Below are positions 1-10,077 of a stretch of 64,000 nucleotides of DNA, piece after piece. Below the pieces are notes generated by a model. That model made no database searches. It was given only the letters and a program-made list of their open reading frames with translations, and was not told the origin of the DNA. The stretch spans positions 10,306 through 74,305 of the forward strand of contig CAVPRD010000003.1 of assembly GCA_963707705.1 (NCBI GenBank). The letters are read 5' to 3'. Origin of the DNA: an uncultured Pseudomonadota bacterium (GTDB lineage Bacteria > Pseudomonadota > Alphaproteobacteria > Rhizobiales > Xanthobacteraceae). Within the stretch, counting starts at the first letter, position 1. The number at the start of each line of letters is the position of its first letter. The position numbers and the translations under genes were made by a program.

Positions 1-1815
1 CTTGAAGACGCTGCTGCGGCGGATGTCCCCACGAGCCCGGCCGCGGCTCGCTCGAGCGATCGTCGCGATCGCGTCGCGTGGGCGCTCGTTGCAGTGTTGG
101 TGTTGTTGCTCTTCGGACTGACCGGATACGTTGCGCTGAATTCGACTCCTGCCCCGGAGATCACCCGGTTCGAGGTGAATCCCCCGCCCGACACCGTCTT
201 TGGCTCACCGTTCGCCCGCTATGCGGCCGGTGCCGTCTCCCCTGATGCCACGCGCCTCGTCTTCGTCACCACGAGCCGAACTGGCCAAGTACAGCTCTGG
301 ATTCGATCCTTCAACTCATTCGATGCGTTCCCGCTGACCGGCATTCAGGGCGCGCAATTGCCCTTTTGGTCGCCAGACTCCCGCTGGGTGGCGTTCTTCG
401 CCGCTAACAAACTGATGAAAGTCGATGCCGCGGGCGGTTCGCCGCAGGCAATCTGCGATGTGCCCGGCGAACTGCTGCGAGGCGGAACGTGGGGGGCCGC
501 GGGCGACATCCTCTTCAGCAGCGGCAATCCGCCGACGCTGTACCGCGTCTCAGACCAAGGGGGTGCGCCAGTACCATTGCCGGCGCCCAGCGACCAGACT
601 GTTTCCGACATCACCTCGCCCGTTTTCCTGCCGGATGGTCGCACCTTTCTCTACTGGAGGCAGACTTCGAGCGAAGGCCCGGGTGTGTACGTCGCGTCGA
701 TCGCCTCGGCGAATGCGCCGAAAAGACTTGTCTCCACCGACGCCGGCGCGCTCTATGCCTCCGGGTTCCTGCTGTTCACGAGACGAGGCGCCCTCGTTGC
801 GCAGCGATTCGACGCGGATCGTATAGAACTCAGCGGCGAGGCGAGAACGGTCGCTGAGCGAGTGGCCATGACGGCCGGCAGAATGGCGGCTTTTTCTGTC
901 TCGACCAACGGCGTCCTGACCTACCAGGCGCAAACCGGCGACGCATCGCAATTCACCTGGTTCGATCGCGCCGGCCGACTGCTGGAAAGGATCGGTGCTC
1001 CAGGCCGCTATCGCGCTCCCCAGATGTCACCCGACGAAACCCGCCTCGTGTACGAGGACCTTACCGATAACAACCTGTGGGTTCTCGATATGAGGCGAGG
1101 GCTCGCTTCGAAGTTCACTATCGGCCCTGGAGTAAAGATCTCTCCAATCTGGTCTCCAGACGGGGGGACGATTTACTACGGGAAACGCACGGAGTTTTCT
1201 GGCCCCGCAGCCATCTTCGAAAAGCGCGCCAGCGGTAATGAGAACGAAAAGCTCTTCTTCAAGGGACCAACGACCGATGGCCCCGCCCAGATTTCGCGCG
1301 AAGGAAAGTGGCTGCTCTACTTCGTCAGTCCTGAAGGACAGACCCTCGGCGATGTGTACGCTATTCCCGTGACAGGCGACAGGACGCCTCGACCGATTGT
1401 CCGATCACCGTTCTCTGATGTCGAACCGAACTTGTCGCCCGACGGCAAGTTCGTGGCGTATGTATCGACCGAAACCGGACGATCGGAGGTATACGTGCAG
1501 CCGTTTCCTACCGGTGAACGACGCCGGATTTCCGACGCAGGCGGCCGTCAGCCGTTCTGGCGACAGGATGGTACGGAGCTGTTCTTCGTGAGTCCGGAGA
1601 ACAACAGTCTATATGCCGTCGCAGTCAAATCAGGACCGAAGTTCGACTCCGTCTCGCCGAAGCTCTTGTTCGAGTTGCGCGCGAACGTTATGTTCGTGCG
1701 CAACAGCTACATACCGAGCCGGGATGGGCAACGCATCCTTGTCAATATGGCGCTCGACAGCACCACCCCTCCAATCCGCGTGATCAGGAACTGGACAGCG
1801 GTGCTGAAGCACTGA
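1..1815 (+). CDS. 5'-truncated membrane-anchored PD40/TolB-like beta-propeller protein, probably the C-terminal part of an Acidobacteria-type Ser/Thr kinase
   Basis: Frame is open from base 1 (LEDAAAAD...RVAWALVAVLVLLLFG, a TM helix), followed by repeated PD40 motifs (VSPDATRLVF, FWSPDSRWVAF, WSPDGGTIYY, LSPDGKFVAY) and the typical ending PIRVIRNW. The kinase domain is inferred to lie upstream of the window. Confidence 0.75.
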   Translation, partial: LEDAAAADVPTSPAAARSSDRRDRVAWALVAVLVLLLFGLTGYVALNSTPAPEITRFEVNPPPDTVFGSPFARYAAGAVSPDATRLVFVTTSRTGQVQLWIRSFNSFDAFPLTGIQGAQLPFWSPDSRWVAFFAANKLMKVDAAGGSPQAICDVPGELLRGGTWGAAGDILFSSGNPPTLYRVSDQGGAPVPLPAPSDQTVSDITSPVFLPDGRTFLYWRQTSSEGPGVYVASIASANAPKRLVSTDAGALYASGFLLFTRRGALVAQRFDADRIELSGEARTVAERVAMTAGRMAAFSVSTNGVLTYQAQTGDASQFTWFDRAGRLLERIGAPGRYRAPQMSPDETRLVYEDLTDNNLWVLDMRRGLASKFTIGPGVKISPIWSPDGGTIYYGKRTEFSGPAAIFEKRASGNENEKLFFKGPTTDGPAQISREGKWLLYFVSPEGQTLGDVYAIPVTGDRTPRPIVRSPFSDVEPNLSPDGKFVAYVSTETGRSEVYVQPFPTGERRRISDAGGRQPFWRQDGTELFFVSPENNSLYAVAVKSGPKFDSVSPKLLFELRANVMFVRNSYIPSRDGQRILVNMALDSTTPPIRVIRNWTAVLKH

Positions 1816-1935
1816 TACGCCGTTCCAATGCCACCGCGGGCTTCGCGCGCCGCGTCGGTCACCAGGTGTTTCACCAGATCCCAACGAACGGGGCGCCCCT
1901 ACACGCTTAACTAAATTGGAAGGGATTATCCGTTC

Positions 1936-2103
1936 GGCACGGAGCGGTCCAGAGCCGCACCCCATTTTTATTGGGTTGTTGGGTGAGGCTCCCCTCCGTG
2001 ACCGCAACTGGAAGGTGGAGACAGCGCGGGAGGATGCCGCTTCGGCGTCCCTGACCCGTCTGCCGGAACGGGTGCGCGGGCCGACAGTCCCGGGGCCGAC
2101 TGT
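1936..2103 (+). ncRNA. Candidate structured RNA (unassigned family)
   Basis: Nested stems: CACGGAG(1938-44)/CTCCGTG(1994-2000) enclosing two hairpins; GCGC(2024-27)/GCGC(2074-77) enclosing GGATGCCG/CGGCGTCC and ACCCGT/ACGGGT hairpins; ACAGTC/GACTGT hairpin. Strand is assumed from the flanking genes. Confidence 0.3.
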
Positions 2104-2305
2104 GTTCTCGAATTCTGAGTTCCACTTGTTGATATGGGGCAAGCAGGATGGAGCGCCAGCCCAACGGCATATGTCGATTCTTTAACTGATCTCTTTGTTA
2201 ATAGAGTAGGGTTGGTCTCCGTTCGTTCTCCCATCGCACGCACTGGCCATCTCGTTGAAGTACATACGCGACGAAGAGGCTGCTCCCGGGATGTGCAGGC
2301 AATTC

Positions 2306-4280
2306 ATGAAAAGACTCTGCGCCGTCGTGCTTCTTTGCGTCAGCCTCGCACCGTCCACGAAAGGCCAGGCTGACGACCAGAAGATCCTCTACGACTTTTG
2401 CTATGCCGACCCGTGGGATACCGGGGATCTCGTATGCGAGCTCGGCATTACCAACGCCGACGGATACACGCCAACATCAGTGGTATATCGCCCGTCGAGC
2501 ACCAACTGGTTGACCGGCGGCCCCCACGACGCACGATCAACGCAGCCCGCACCGTCGCCCGACGGGTCGAGGATCGCGTTCGTTCGCGGCGCGTGGTTCC
2601 CGCAGGAAGGCCATCCCAGCGCCGACGTCGATCTGTTCCTGTTCACGATCGCGGACGCCTCTCTCGTTCAGCTGACCAGCGGACCGGCGAACGATGCCTC
2701 TCCGGCCTGGTCGCCGGATGGAGGAAAGATCGCCTTCGCCAGCGACCGTGATGGGCCGCTCGACCTGTATGTCATGAACGCGGATGGAAGCGGTATCACA
2801 CGGCTGACCAGCAACGTCGGATTCGCCGGCGCCCCCGCGTGGGCGCCAGACGGCGAACGCATCGCGTTCGATTGCCGCCCGACAGCAGGCGCGAACACCG
2901 ATATTTGCGCCAGCAACAGCGACGGCAGTGGTTTCGTCCGCCTCACGACTCATCCCGCCGACGATTCGGGCGCCGCGTTCGCACCGACTGATGGCCGTAT
3001 CGCATTTGCCACCAGACGCTTTGGCGCCACATTCGAGCTCGTGATCGGCGCGCCAGGAGGGCAGGTCCAGCGGGTCGGCACGGGAACGCCTGGAGTGCAG
3101 CCCGCGTGGTCTCCGGACGGCACCCGGCTCGCCTACATGGATCCCGATTCGGTGTCATACACCGGGCGGTGCTACTTCGATGGAGGGGCGAACAACGCCG
3201 ACGACTTTTGCGTGCCGGTGAACGACCTCTTCGTGGTGAACGTCGACGGTTCGGGCAAAGCCCAATTTGCCAGCGGAGCACACGCGCGCTGGATGGTGCC
3301 GCGGAGCGCCGGTTCGTCCCCGTACCTGGCGCCCCGGTCGCGGTACCCGGCAGGATCGAGGCTGAGAACTACGATAAGGGAGGGCGCGGTGTTGGATATG
3401 CCGACCTCACTGCGGGTAACAGCGGGGGGGAATACCGGCCCGACGATGTCGACATCGAACGCGTCACCGGAAGCGCAACCGACTACAACGTCGGCTGGAT
3501 GGTCGCGGGCGAGTGGCTGCAATACACGATCGACGTCGGCAGGGCTGGCTCCTACACGGTCGAGGCGCAAGTGGCGTCGCACGGCGGTGGTGGGACCTTC
3601 CACCTCGAAGTGAATGGCGCCAAATCCGGTTCGATCCAGATCCCCGACACTGGCGGCTGGCAACAATGGCAGACAGTCACGACAACGCTGACGGTCGCGG
3701 CCGGGGTGCAGCAGCTGCGGGTCGTCCTCGACACCAACGGCGCGTCGGGAGGAGTGGGCAATCTCGATTATCTGCGGCTCTCGCGCGCGGCAGGCTCAGG
3801 ACCAGCTCCGCTCGGTTTCACCGTGAGGGCCGATAGCTTTGCCGGTGGTGCGCAGGGCTGCTGGCCCGGGCCGTTCGAGTGCGGTGGCGGATATTACGAC
3901 GAGACACCAGGCAACTGGGGAGACGCACAGGTGCGTCCCGGGACTGATGTCGATCTCTGGTACGACGACGGGGGTATCGTGATCGGCGGTCTCGACGGTC
4001 TCGAGTGGGTCACGTTTCCGGTAAGGGTGCCGCAGGCTGGCAACTATGCCGTAAGGTTCCGGACCGCGAGTCCTTCGGACCGACCGGCGGACAGCGGCGT
4101 GATCAATGTCGGCATCCACGGCGTGGACGGCAGCTGGGTCGGCAACCAGTATGTACCCGTCACCGGCGGTCCGGGCGAGTGGCACACGTACGTGAGCTGG
4201 GACGCGCCGCGCACGATCTATCTTCCGGTTGGACAACAAACGCTGACGATGTGGGCATCGGGCGGCTGGTACAACGTGCA
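2306..4280 (+). CDS. Secreted TolB/PD40 beta-propeller + two CBM6-like carbohydrate-binding modules; 1-nt deletion at about 3327; 3' end cut at the junction
   Basis: Signal peptide MKRLCAVVLLCVSLAPSTKGQA; PD40 repeats (PSPDGSRIAF, WSPDGGKIAF, WSPDGTRLAY). After the frame change: PGRIEAENYD...VGWMVAGEWLQYTIDV...PDTGGWQQW (CBM6) and a second similar module ending GGWYNV. Confidence 0.75.
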
Positions 4281-5235
4281 GGACCAGCGCCTCGTCCACA
4301 AGATCGGCACGCAGAAAGGAAGCCGAAAGCGTCGGTCCAGCCTCGACCATTAGACGCGTGATCCCGCGCGTGCCGAGCGCCTCTACAACTGCATGAAGAT
4401 CGAGGCCGCCCTCACCCGCTTTCGTTCGCAGCACCACGATACCCATCTCGCCAAGCGCCTGTTCGCGATCCGTTGCCGCTTTCTCGCCGCAGAACACCCA
4501 GACCGGCACCTGCTTTGCGGTCGTTGCCAGTGTCGCTGTTAGTGGCAGCCGCAAATCCCGATCCAGTACTACCCGGACCGGCGACTGGCCTGCCATGCCC
4601 GGTAACCGGCAGGTCAGCTCCGGATCGTCCGACTGCACGGTACCAATACCGGTCAGGACGGCATCATTCATCGCGCGCATCAGGTGCACACGCGCCCGCG
4701 TCTCCTCGCCGGTGATCGGCGCTGGTCTCCGTCCTGATAGGCCTGCCTTGTCGTCCGAGGACACCGCGAGCTTCAGCGTGACGTGCGGGCGGCCATCGAG
4801 GATACGGCAGATATGACCGGCGTGGGCGCGACGCGCATCCTCGGCGCACACCCCGGTCGTCACCACGATGCCGGAAGCGCGCAGCATTTCGTCGCCGCGG
4901 CCCGCCACTTCCGGATTGGGGTCCTCGATCGCCGAGACGACCCGCGCAATGCCGGCCGCGACGATGGCCTCAGCGCAGGGCGGCGTCTTGCCGTGATGCG
5001 AACAAGGTTCGAGCGTGGCGTAAAGTGTAGCGCCACGCGCGGCCTTGCCGGCACGCCGCAACGCTTCGGTCTCGGCATGTGGACGGCCGCCCGGTTGCGT
5101 CCAGCCGCGGCCGATCACGGCGCCATCCTTCACAATCACCGCGCCGACCGCGGGATTGGGCCATGCATTGCCGAGTCCGCGCCGACCGAGCGTCAGCGCA
5201 AGCTGCATGAAGCGCAGATCGTCGGCTGTGGTCAC
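4280..5235 (-). CDS. ribD: Riboflavin biosynthesis deaminase/reductase RibD, C-terminally truncated at the junction
   Basis: [27 protein letters not shown] deaminase motifs and reductase motif LMVEAGPTL...LVDE. After LVDEALVLH the frame reads into the antisense of the CBM gene. Confidence 0.9.
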
Positions 5236-5718
5236 TTGCGCAGCGGCAGGACGGTCTTGGCTTCTTCGTCGCCGGACAATTCCTTGACCGCGTCCTGAAA
5301 ATCCTTCGGCTCGCGGAAATTCTTGTAGACCGAAGCGAACCGCACATAGGCGACGTCGTCAAGTTCGCGCAGATGCGTCATGACATTCTCGCCGATGGTA
5401 TCGGTGGTGATTTCACTTTCGCCAAGACTTTCCAGTTCGCGCACGATCCTCGAAACCATCTGCTCGACCCGTTCGGGCTCGACATTGCGCTTGCGCAGCG
5501 AAATCTGCAGCGAGCGCATCAGCTTGTCGCGGTCAAACGGCACCCGGCGGCCGTTGCGCTTGATCACCACCAGCTCGCGCAATTGCACGCGCTCGAAGGT
5601 CGTGAACCGGAACTGGCAGGTCAGGCAAACGCGCCGGCGGCGGATCGCAGCTCGAATCCTCGGTCGGACGCGAATCCTTCACCTGGGTATCGAGACTGGC
5701 GCAGCTCGGACAGCGCAT
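5232..5718 (-). CDS. nrdR: Transcriptional repressor NrdR; +1 frameshift at about 5649
   Basis: MRCPSC...VKDSRPTED joins [22 protein letters not shown] and the ATP-cone after removing one base. Confidence 0.92.
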
Positions 5719-5744
5719 GACGTTCCCCTGCCCCTCGCGGAGGC

Positions 5745-7046
5745 TTATTGGTAAATCGGAAAGCGCCCGACCAATGCCTTCACCTTTTCGCGCACCGCGG
5801 CTTCAATAAGCGAATCCGCTTCTGCCTGTTTCTGAGACAATACGTCCAGCACTTCGGCGATCATCTCGCCGACCTCTTTGAATTCAGCGATGCCGAAACC
5901 GCGCGTAGTGCCGGCCGGCGTGCCGAGACGGATGCCAGACGTGATCGTAGGCTTTTCGGGATCGAACGGAATACCGTTCTTGTTGCAGGTGATATGGGCA
6001 CGGCCGAGCGCCACTTCGGACACCTTGCCGGTCAGGCGTTTCGGGCGAAGATCCACCAGCATCAGATGGGTATCGGTGCCGCCCGAACTGATGTCATAGC
6101 CCTTCGACTTCAGCGTCTCCGCCAGCGCCTTGGCATTCTCGACCACATTCTTCGCATAGACTTTGAAGGACGGCCGGAGCGCCTCGCCGAACGCCACAGC
6201 CTTCGCCGCGATCACGTGCATCAGCGGACCGCCCTGCAGACCCGGAAACACTGCCGAGTTGATCTTCTTGGCGATCTCCTCGTCATTGGTCAGCACCACA
6301 CCGCCGCGCGGCCCGCGCAGGGTCTTGTGTGTTGTCGTGGTCACGACATGTGCATGTGGAAAAGGCGAAGGATGCACGCCACCGGCAACGAGTCCTGCGA
6401 AATGCGCCATGTCGACGAACAGATAGGCACCCACTTCATCGGCGATCTCCCGAAAGGCCTTGAAGTCGATGATCCGCGGATAAGCCGAGCCACCGGCGAT
6501 GATGACTTTCGGCTTGTGTTCCTGCGCGAGCTTTCGCATCTCCACAAGATCGATCCTTTGATCGTCTTGCCGCACGTTATAGGCGACCGCGTTAAACCAC
6601 TTGCCGGAATAGTTGATCTTCATGCCGTGGGTCAGATGCCCACCGGCCGCGAGATTGAGACCGAGAAAGGTATCGCCCGGATTCATCAACGCAAAAAATA
6701 CCGACGCGTTTGCCGACGCGCCGGAATGCGGCTGCACATTTGCAAATTTGCACCCGAACAATCTGGTGACGCGGTCGATCGCTAGCTGCTCGGCGATATC
6801 GACGAACTGGCAGCCGCCGTAATAACGCCGGCCGGGATAACCTTCGGCATATTTATTGGTCAGGACCGAGCCCTGCGCCTCGAGCACGGCGCGACTCACG
6901 ATATTTTCCGAAGCAATCAGCTCGATCTCGTCGCGCTGGCGGCCGAGCTCGCGGCCGATCGCATCCGCAATTTCAGGATCGCTGTCGCTGAGCGTCGCCG
7001 TGAAAAGATTGGCGCGTTCGGCGGCTGCCGCGGAAGATGCCGACAT
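5745..7046 (-). CDS. glyA: Serine hydroxymethyltransferase
   Basis: [34 protein letters not shown] motifs. Confidence 0.98.
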   Translation of the reverse strand: MSASSAAAAERANLFTATLSDSDPEIADAIGRELGRQRDEIELIASENIVSRAVLEAQGSVLTNKYAEGYPGRRYYGGCQFVDIAEQLAIDRVTRLFGCKFANVQPHSGASANASVFFALMNPGDTFLGLNLAAGGHLTHGMKINYSGKWFNAVAYNVRQDDQRIDLVEMRKLAQEHKPKVIIAGGSAYPRIIDFKAFREIADEVGAYLFVDMAHFAGLVAGGVHPSPFPHAHVVTTTTHKTLRGPRGGVVLTNDEEIAKKINSAVFPGLQGGPLMHVIAAKAVAFGEALRPSFKVYAKNVVENAKALAETLKSKGYDISSGGTDTHLMLVDLRPKRLTGKVSEVALGRAHITCNKNGIPFDPEKPTITSGIRLGTPAGTTRGFGIAEFKEVGEMIAEVLDVLSQKQAEADSLIEAAVREKVKALVGRFPIYQ

Positions 7047-7188
7047 TTCAAATGCTCCTGGCTGCCCGGAACGCGCCGACTAGCATATTGAAAGGGAACC
7101 GCCAAGCGGTGGGAAATATTTGCCCTTAAACCGCAATATCTAGCGTTCGTGAGAGTTTAGGCGGTGTTTCAGGAGCAAAAGCGCCCGT

Positions 7189-8475
7189 TCAGCCTCGGCT
7201 GGTGCCGCCAATGCCGTCGCGGCCGTAAATGTCATCGCGGAATTGCACGATGCCGTCCGGCGTGGCCCAGGCCGTCACATAGACCCAGTAGAGCGGCACC
7301 GGCCTCGACAGCCGCGCATCCTTGCGATCGCCGGCACGGATCACGTCATCGATCTGCTGACGCGTCCAGCCCGGCGTGTCGTGCAGGAGCCAGGTCACCA
7401 ATTCGCGCACATTTTGTACGCGAACGCATCCGGACGAGTGGAAGCGGAAATCCTCGCCGAACAGATTCTTCGACGGCGTGTCGTGCATATAGACGCCGTG
7501 CGAGGACGGGAAATTGATCCGGATCGCACCGAGCGAATTGGAATCGCCGGGATCCTGCTTGAACTTGTAATTGACCGCCTCCTCGGTATTCCAGTTGACC
7601 TGCTGCGGCTGCAATTCATTGCCGCGCTGATCTATAATGCGGATGCGCTGCTTGGTCAGGTAATCCGGCTCTTCCTGCATCTTCGGGATCAGGTCGCGCT
7701 TGACGATCGAGACCGGCACTGTCCAGAACGGATTGAAATTGACCTCCACGATCCGGCTCTGGATATCGGGCGACGCCCGGTCGGGTTTGCCGACCACCGC
7801 AGTGTGGCGCGTCACCGCGACGCCATTCTCGATCGCCTCGATCTGCGCCGCTGGTATGTTGCACATCACGAATTTCGGCCCGAGATTGCCGGTGAAGCTG
7901 CGCAGCCGCACCACATTGGTCTTGAGCTGGGCAAGGCGTGCTTCCGCCGGGACGTTGAGCGCTGCGAAGGTCACTTCGCGCACGATGCCGTCGGCGGTCA
8001 GCCCATGCCGCGCCTGGAAGCGCTTGACCGCGGCCTCGACATAAGAGTTGAACACGTCGGAAGCACCCGCGCTGGTGGCAAGGTCGCCGCCCGCGATCAG
8101 CCGCCGGCGAAGTCCCACTACCGATGCGTGCCGATTGCCGAGCCGCAGCCGGTCGGTCGGCGGCACAAGCGCCCAGCCGCCCTTTTGCACCGCCTGCTCG
8201 AATTGCGGAATTGCGGCCTCTGTGGTTTGCAGGGTCTGCGGCGCCAAGGTGGGCAGTGACGCCTTCGGCATACGCACGGTGCGGATGCCGTTGTCGTAGC
8301 CCTGCCCGAAATCGCTGCGCTGACCCTGGTCGATCAGGTTCTGCAACGTCTGATCCTGAGCGAAGGCGCGTGCCGCGAATACCGTGCCCGCGACTGCGCC
8401 GCCCGCACGGGCAAGTTGCCGAAGCACCGAACGACGGTTCAGCGACGTCGAAATCTTCGGACGATCCGCGGCCAT
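7189..8475 (-). CDS. L,D-transpeptidase (YcbB/LdtP-like) with Tat-type signal and PG-binding domain
   Basis: NRRSVL twin-arginine signal, AVKRFQARHGLTADG PG-binding motif, YMHDTP...SSGCVRV catalytic motif. Confidence 0.92.
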   Translation of the reverse strand: MAADRPKISTSLNRRSVLRQLARAGGAVAGTVFAARAFAQDQTLQNLIDQGQRSDFGQGYDNGIRTVRMPKASLPTLAPQTLQTTEAAIPQFEQAVQKGGWALVPPTDRLRLGNRHASVVGLRRRLIAGGDLATSAGASDVFNSYVEAAVKRFQARHGLTADGIVREVTFAALNVPAEARLAQLKTNVVRLRSFTGNLGPKFVMCNIPAAQIEAIENGVAVTRHTAVVGKPDRASPDIQSRIVEVNFNPFWTVPVSIVKRDLIPKMQEEPDYLTKQRIRIIDQRGNELQPQQVNWNTEEAVNYKFKQDPGDSNSLGAIRINFPSSHGVYMHDTPSKNLFGEDFRFHSSGCVRVQNVRELVTWLLHDTPGWTRQQIDDVIRAGDRKDARLSRPVPLYWVYVTAWATPDGIVQFRDDIYGRDGIGGTSRG

Positions 8476-8577
8476 TCTGGAACCTTGGGATTGCTTGAAT
8501 CGCATTAAAGCGCAAGCGCCCAGATTGGCAACCGGTCTGGCGATATTGTGACCGCGAATAAGGTCCGTGGGGCGGCC

Positions 8578-8856
8578 TTATTTCACGCGTGGCGGCAAGC
8601 TCTCCGGCATCAAAGACGACGCGTACAGCACGCCGATCGTGCAAACCATGATGCAGAACCACATGAACGCCTTCGCCGCCTTACCGTATGGCGAGAGATG
8701 GACCACGGCGGCAAATGGAACCAGGATAATCGCGCCAGCGACGAGCATCGAGGCTCGACCCGTGAAACCCGAAAACAACATTCCGGCAAATGCGAGCATC
8801 GCCGGGATCGGCATGAAAATCGGAATTGCGGTAATCGCAAACGCCCATTTGCGCAT
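8578..8856 (-). CDS. Small membrane protein (about three TM segments)
   Basis: 92-aa hydrophobic ORF filling the gap between ldtR and the transpeptidase. Confidence 0.6.
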   Translation of the reverse strand: MRKWAFAITAIPIFMPIPAMLAFAGMLFSGFTGRASMLVAGAIILVPFAAVVHLSPYGKAAKAFMWFCIMVCTIGVLYASSLMPESLPPRVK

Positions 8857-9005
8857 CGCCCTGCTCCGCGTTTTTCAAATTCCTGACAGCAGCGCTTCGA
8901 TCGGACCCGTGAACTTATCGGTGCATCTCGGAAAACAACCCGTGTTGAATTCTCTTGATCCACCTTTACCATCGGTCGCCGCTTCGTCTAACGACCACTC
9001 ATCGA

Positions 9006-9030
9006 CAAAAGCCCCGGCTTTCGCCGGGGC
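9006..9030 (-). terminator. Rho-independent terminator after ldtR
   Basis: GCCCCGGC-GAAA-GCCGGGGC-TTTTGT on the minus strand. Confidence 0.8.
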
Positions 9031-9066
9031 CAGTCAGGTCGGTACTCAGCTTCAATGTTTCAATTG

Positions 9067-9582
9067 TCAGAGGCGATAGAGTATCTGGTCGGTCCAAAAG
9101 CGCTCAAGCCGATGCAGCGATTTATTGAGCGTCGCGAACTCGTCGGACGCAATGCCGCCGACCTGCTCCACCGTGCGAACGTGCTTCTGATAAAGCGCCT
9201 CGACAATGTCGCGGACCTCGCGGCCCTTTTCGGTGAGCTTGATGCGCACCGAACGGCGGTCAACGCGCGAGCGCTGATGATCCAGGAACCCCATCTCGAC
9301 GAGCTTCTTCAAATTATACGAAACGTTCGAGCCGAGATAATAGCCGCGCGTGCGGAGCTCGCCTGCGGTCAGTTCCTTGTCGCCGATGTTGTACAGCAGC
9401 AGCGCCTGAACCGAATTGATGTCGGCGCGGCCTCGTCGGTCAAATTCATCCTTGATCACGTCGAGCAGGCGCCGATGAAGGCGCTCCACCAACGTCAAGG
9501 CTTCGAGATAGAGAGGCCGGATGTGTTCGAACCGCTGCGCGTTCTGCTCGTGCTGCTCGACCGGTTTTACAACGGCTTTCAT
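9067..9582 (-). CDS. ldtR: MarR-family regulator LdtR
   Basis: LVERLHRRLLDVIKDEFDR...RGYYLGSNVSYNLKKL; lies upstream of the L,D-transpeptidase as in other Rhizobiales. Confidence 0.85.
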   Translation of the reverse strand: MKAVVKPVEQHEQNAQRFEHIRPLYLEALTLVERLHRRLLDVIKDEFDRRGRADINSVQALLLYNIGDKELTAGELRTRGYYLGSNVSYNLKKLVEMGFLDHQRSRVDRRSVRIKLTEKGREVRDIVEALYQKHVRTVEQVGGIASDEFATLNKSLHRLERFWTDQILYRL

Positions 9583-9780
9583 GCGACGCCTTCCTGACTG
9601 TATTTTTATGTTTGAACGGGGCCCTGTTATCCCCGCTTGTGTCCGTAAATTACGCGCAACGATCTAAAATCGGCTTAAACAACAGCATAAAGAGAACGTT
9701 TATTTGGCACGGTGAACATTCAATTGATCGAGGAATTACAGGCATTTTCGTAACGCATATTTCACCCTCACGGCACCCGG

Positions 9781-9981
9781 CTACGTCGGTTTCGGCCAGG
9801 ACCGGACTTTTACTTCTCGCAAAACTGAATTGTGGCGGGACCAGTTATGCGTTTGTCCGCAAATCTTGCAGTGAACACGGGAGATGACGTCGGGCATCGT
9901 CGCGAAAGTCTCGGCATCGGTCTCGACACCGGTCGAAATCTCGCGCCCCGAATTCGGACAGGTCGTACAGATCATGGCCAT
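9781..9981 (-). CDS. Small Cys-rich (zinc-ribbon-like) protein
   Basis: MAMICTTCPNSGREISTGVETD...VHCKICGQTHNW; CP-x-x-G...CxxC pattern resembles small Rhizobiales hypothetical proteins. Confidence 0.65.
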   Translation of the reverse strand: MAMICTTCPNSGREISTGVETDAETFATMPDVISRVHCKICGQTHNWSRHNSVLREVKVRSWPKPT

Positions 9982-10077
9982 CGCGCAATCTCGCGCCTCC
10001 AGCCCTGATCCTAGAGAACGGCATCTCTGCAAAATATCAAATTTGACGTAGTCAGCGTGAAGATCGCTGCCACAATT

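Noticed and set aside
1990-2035. Resemblance to cobalamin (CCGCAACTG, GGAAGG, GGAGAC) or ZTP riboswitch motifs
   Set aside because: Motifs are in the wrong spacing and the required stems are absent.
2540-3140. Regularly recurring TCGCC/CCGGACGG-type motifs as a CRISPR or DNA repeat array
   Set aside because: They are in-frame PD40 protein repeats with degenerate third positions and no spacer structure.
3796-4280. Apparent 160-aa C-terminal extension of RibD in the ORF track
   Set aside because: It is antisense read-through into the CBM6 gene across the junction, not a new domain.
5640-5660. Programmed frameshifting in nrdR, mmsB, secF and others
   Set aside because: No slippery heptamers or stimulators; no such recoding is known for these families; a uniform +1 error explains all cases.
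5748-6785. Long antisense ORFs opposite glyA, and similar ones opposite ldtP, parC, relA, gatA, trmFO and secDF
   Set aside because: Shadow ORFs expected from high-GC codon bias; they mirror well-supported genes.
9673-9692. CtrA box upstream of ldtR
   Set aside because: TTAA-N7-CATA has two mismatches to the consensus.
10040-10056. FNR/FixK box downstream of the Crp/Fnr gene
   Set aside because: TTGAC-GTA-GTCAG has the wrong spacing and a mismatch relative to TTGAT-N4-ATCAA.
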